A stretch of 46,286 nt of DNA, from positions 1 through 46,286 of the forward strand of contig CAZWYL010000003.1 of assembly GCA_964638225.1 (NCBI GenBank). The letters are read 5' to 3'. Below are positions 43,867-46,286 of the stretch, piece after piece. The notes below the pieces were generated by a model. The model made no database searches. It saw only the letters and a program-made list of their open reading frames with translations, and was not told the origin of the DNA. This stretch comes from an uncultured Candidatus Saccharibacteria bacterium (lineage in GTDB: Bacteria > Patescibacteriota > WWE3 > UBA101185 > UBA10185). The position numbers and the translations under genes are program-made. Numbering within the stretch: the first letter of the stretch is position 1; each line of letters opens with the position of its first letter.

Positions 43867-44364
43867 TTAGGCAGGTATAGTTATGGTTTGACCTGCGTAT
43901 ATCAGAGCTTGCTGTCCATTAGGTAAATAATCAACACTTCCGCTATTTGCGTCCCTAATTCTTGTCCACATGGCACCGTCTCCGTAAACAGCTTCGGCTA
44001 TCTCCCAAAGTGTATCTCCTTCTTGTACAGTATAATCTCCTGCTTCTACATCACCTTCTTGATAATCATTTGCAGTCCAAGTTGTAGTTGTAGTACCGGC
44101 TACGTCTCCGGTGTCCTCTACCTGGGCTTCATCATTATTATCGATAATCTCTTCTTCAACATCTTCCTCTTCAGTTGTACTTGCTGATAAGGTTTCCTTA
44201 AGTTTTTCTAGACTTAATCTGCTTTCTTGATTGCCGTCGGAGTCTCTATTTCCTTCGGTTTTGAAGTAGTTGTAGGTAGCAAATACTAGGCCGAGAATGA
44301 AAATCCCGCCTATAATGAATGCTAACGTATCGTTTTTACTTTCTGTTGTATGGTTTTCTGGCAT
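43867..44364 (-). CDS. Bitopic protein: N-terminal TM helix, acidic linker, C-terminal LysM domain
   Basis: TM helix LAFIIGGIFILGLVFATY. The LysM domain reads YTVQEGDTLWEIAEAVYGDG..W..I...N......L..GQ.ITIP. GGGGGTG lies 9 nt before the ATG. Confidence 0.8.
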   Translation of the reverse strand: MPENHTTESKNDTLAFIIGGIFILGLVFATYNYFKTEGNRDSDGNQESRLSLEKLKETLSASTTEEEDVEEEIIDNNDEAQVEDTGDVAGTTTTTWTANDYQEGDVEAGDYTVQEGDTLWEIAEAVYGDGAMWTRIRDANSGSVDYLPNGQQALIYAGQTITIPA

Positions 44365-44422
44365 CTATTGGTGCACCCCCTTTATTATTAAATTTTTATT
44401 GTGGGCAGAATTATTAGAATTT

Positions 44423-44499
44423 TGGCGGGATCGACGGGACTCGAACCCGCGGCCTCTTCCGTGACAGGGAAGCGCTCTAACCAACTGAGCTACGACCCC
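44423..44499 (-). tRNA. tRNA-Asp (anticodon GTC), CCA encoded
   Basis: The reverse complement reads GGGGTCGTAGCTCAGTTGGTTAGAGCG-CTTCC-CTGTCAC-GGAAG-...GCGGGTTCGAGTCCCGTCGATCCCGCCA. Confidence 0.9.
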
Positions 44500-44627
44500 C
44501 CGCTCCAGATAGTGTTATGTTATGAGATTTTATGGGGAAAGTCAATTGTGAAACCGGTTATTACCCGCTGAATTATTAATCGATGGATTAAAAAACAATA
44601 AAAGTACGTTATCATAGATATAACACT

Positions 44628-46286
44628 ATGTCTGGAAAAACGCCTAAAAAAAGAATGACAAACCAAGAAGTTGTAGATGTTCTAAAAGAAGCATTGGCGG
44701 CGATGCAAGTTAAAGAATTAAACCGTTTCCGCATTAGAGCCTATCAGAATGCTATACAAGCAATAGAGACTTCCACTTTCTCTGTTTACGATCTTTGGAA
44801 GTCTGGGAGAGTACATGAAATTCCCGGCGTTGGTTCAAGCTTATCCCAGCACATAAACGATCTATTTGAGAAAGGAAAAGTACCTGAGTTTGAAAACTTA
44901 CGAAAAGATCTTCCGAATGGAATGTTCGAATTAATAGGCATTCAAGGAATTGGTCCTAAAAGAGCATTTAAATTGGCCTCCGCCTTTGATCTGAATGACA
45001 GAGAATCAGCCTTAGAAGAAGTAATGGAGGCTGCTGAAGAAGGTAAAATCCGCGACCTCTCGGGTTTTGGGGAGAAAACAGAACAGCAAATTTTGGAGGC
45101 TATCTCGGAATTAAAAAAGACAAAAAATGAGAAACCGCGCTTATTATGGGTGCAAGCAGATAAAATTGTTCAGCGGGTATACAAGTATATGCAAAAAATG
45201 GATGAAGTTTTAGAAATCAAAGCTCTAGGCTCATATAGGCGGAGAAAAGAGACTGTTGGTGATGTAGACTTTGCAGTTTCGACAGAAGCAGAAGAGAAAG
45301 TGATGGAATATATTTTAGATTTTCCCGAGATAGTAGAGGTTTTAGTAGAGGGAGATAAAAAGGCCAGTGTAGTTATTGGAAACGATTTCCAGCTAGATTT
45401 TAGAGTAGTGTCCCCAAAGCAGTATGGATCAATGGTGCAATATTTTACTGGATCTAAGTATCATAATATTTCTTTGCGTACTTACTCTCTGGAGGAGGGT
45501 TTTTCTGTATCTGAATACGGGATTAAGGATCTTAAAACAAAAAAATTGCATGAGTTTTCTAATGAGCCGGATTTTTATGATTTCCTGGATTTGCAATTAA
45601 TTCCACCTGAAATTCGTCAAGGTAAAGAAGAAGTTGAATTGGCCTCAAAAAATGAGCTTCCTAATTTAATAAAGCGGTCTGATATAAAAGGTGATTTGCA
45701 TATGCACACTGATTTATCGGATGGGGTTAATACCTTGGAGCAGATGGTAGAAGCTTGTAGAGATCTTGGATATGAGTATATGGGGACTGCAGACCATGCC
45801 CCAAGTGTGGACAGCAGAGGTTATGCCAGTGTAGAAAAAATAATTAATAAGAAGCGTAAGGAATACGATGAGGTTAACGAGAAATATCCGGATATCGAGG
45901 TCTTATATGGCTATGAAGTAAATTTATTGGCGGATGCAACAATCTCTCTTCCTGATAAATTTTTGGAAAAACTTGACTTTGTAATTGTGGGTTTGCATAC
46001 AGCTTTTGATCAAGAGCGAGGTAAAATAATGAAGCGTTATATGGCGGCAATTGAGAATCCCTTGGTAGATATTATTGCTCATCCAACTGCCCGCCTAATT
46101 AATAGTAGAGAAGGGGTTGATCTAAATTGGATGGAACTTTTTGAGGCTATAAAGGAGCGAGATAAAATTTTGGAGATTAACTCCTTTCCTGACAGGTTGG
46201 ATCTCCCGTACGACTTAGTTACGGAGGCTAAAAATAAAGGAATAAAATTGATTATAAATACAGATTCTCATGCAACAAGTGCTTTA
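44628..46286 (+). CDS. polX: Family X DNA polymerase with C-terminal PHP domain (PolX), partial because it runs off the window
   Basis: This ORF is not in the supplied track because it has no stop in the window. My own translation gives MSGKTPKKRMTNQEVVDVLKEALAAM...RAYQNAI, HhH GIGPK, GSYRRRKETVGDVDFAV (catalytic Asp pair) and PHP GDLHMHTDLSDG...ADHAP. It stays in frame to 46286. Confidence 0.9.
   Translation, partial: MSGKTPKKRMTNQEVVDVLKEALAAMQVKELNRFRIRAYQNAIQAIETSTFSVYDLWKSGRVHEIPGVGSSLSQHINDLFEKGKVPEFENLRKDLPNGMFELIGIQGIGPKRAFKLASAFDLNDRESALEEVMEAAEEGKIRDLSGFGEKTEQQILEAISELKKTKNEKPRLLWVQADKIVQRVYKYMQKMDEVLEIKALGSYRRRKETVGDVDFAVSTEAEEKVMEYILDFPEIVEVLVEGDKKASVVIGNDFQLDFRVVSPKQYGSMVQYFTGSKYHNISLRTYSLEEGFSVSEYGIKDLKTKKLHEFSNEPDFYDFLDLQLIPPEIRQGKEEVELASKNELPNLIKRSDIKGDLHMHTDLSDGVNTLEQMVEACRDLGYEYMGTADHAPSVDSRGYASVEKIINKKRKEYDEVNEKYPDIEVLYGYEVNLLADATISLPDKFLEKLDFVIVGLHTAFDQERGKIMKRYMAAIENPLVDIIAHPTARLINSREGVDLNWMELFEAIKERDKILEINSFPDRLDLPYDLVTEAKNKGIKLIINTDSHATSAL

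Noticed and set aside
43650-44499. The LysM gene is flanked by tRNA-Gly and tRNA-Asp, which share an identical 20-nt stretch (CGACGGGACTCGAACCCGCG). I considered this as possible att-like repeats of an integrated element.
   Set aside because: The shared stretch is the conserved T-arm of two complete tRNAs, not a partial tRNA duplicate. The interval contains no integrase, recombinase or other cargo.
1-46286. Alternative genetic code, such as UGA recoding as in some candidate phyla.
   Set aside because: TGA terminates ppsA, eno, yraN and uvrC exactly where the conserved families end. No large ORF is interrupted by in-frame TGA.
1-46286. CRISPR arrays, insertion sequences, integrases, restriction-modification systems, toxin-antitoxin pairs or other defence systems.
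   Set aside because: I found no regularly spaced direct repeats and no transposase or integrase motifs. Every ORF over 130 aa is accounted for by housekeeping or envelope families. I could not scan exhaustively by eye for very short repeats.

Overview
This is a compact, AT-rich bacterial chromosome segment read with the standard genetic code; TGA is used as a real stop. Nearly every large ORF has a clear housekeeping identity.

Gene content:
- A split dcw/division cluster: mraZ-rsmH-ftsL-ftsI at 258-3597, and secG, a murA-like gene, mraY-ftsW-murG-ftsQ-ftsA-ftsZ at 24240-32286.
- DNA-damage genes interleaved with cell-wall genes: lexA, uvrB, a class A PBP, uvrA, uvrC, and a partial polX at the right edge.
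- A lower-glycolysis group: ppsA-eno, plus a convergent DedA-phosphoglycerate mutase fusion.
- An orphan receiver plus histidine kinase next to an LCP gene.
- rplU-rpmA and lepB.
- A surface-glycan block: GH18, a clan GH-A hydrolase, a flippase, a Wzy/O-antigen-ligase-like protein, an Ig-like protein and galU.
- A second, canonical murA, a TM-LysM protein, and four tRNAs that all encode CCA.

The monoderm-type envelope genes, small intergenic gaps and divergent or degenerate paralogs fit a small-genome uncultured lineage such as Patescibacteria/CPR. That placement is inference only.

I found no mobile element, CRISPR array or recognisable defence or toxin system, and I do not claim a discrete new system.

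The most unusual signals are:
1. A -10-like hexamer, often TGn-extended, lies 6-10 nt upstream of the start codon of about 15 genes. This suggests pervasive leaderless transcription, even inside the dcw block.
2. An identical 13-mer sits in the uvrA and uvrB promoter spacers, and a related inverted copy lies at the predicted lexA transcription start. Together these are a candidate SOS operator.
3. Several proteins have unusual architectures: the DedA-GpmA fusion, a MurA paralog lacking the catalytic Cys, a UvrC without its (HhH)2 domain, and a bitopic LytR_C protein just after ftsZ.
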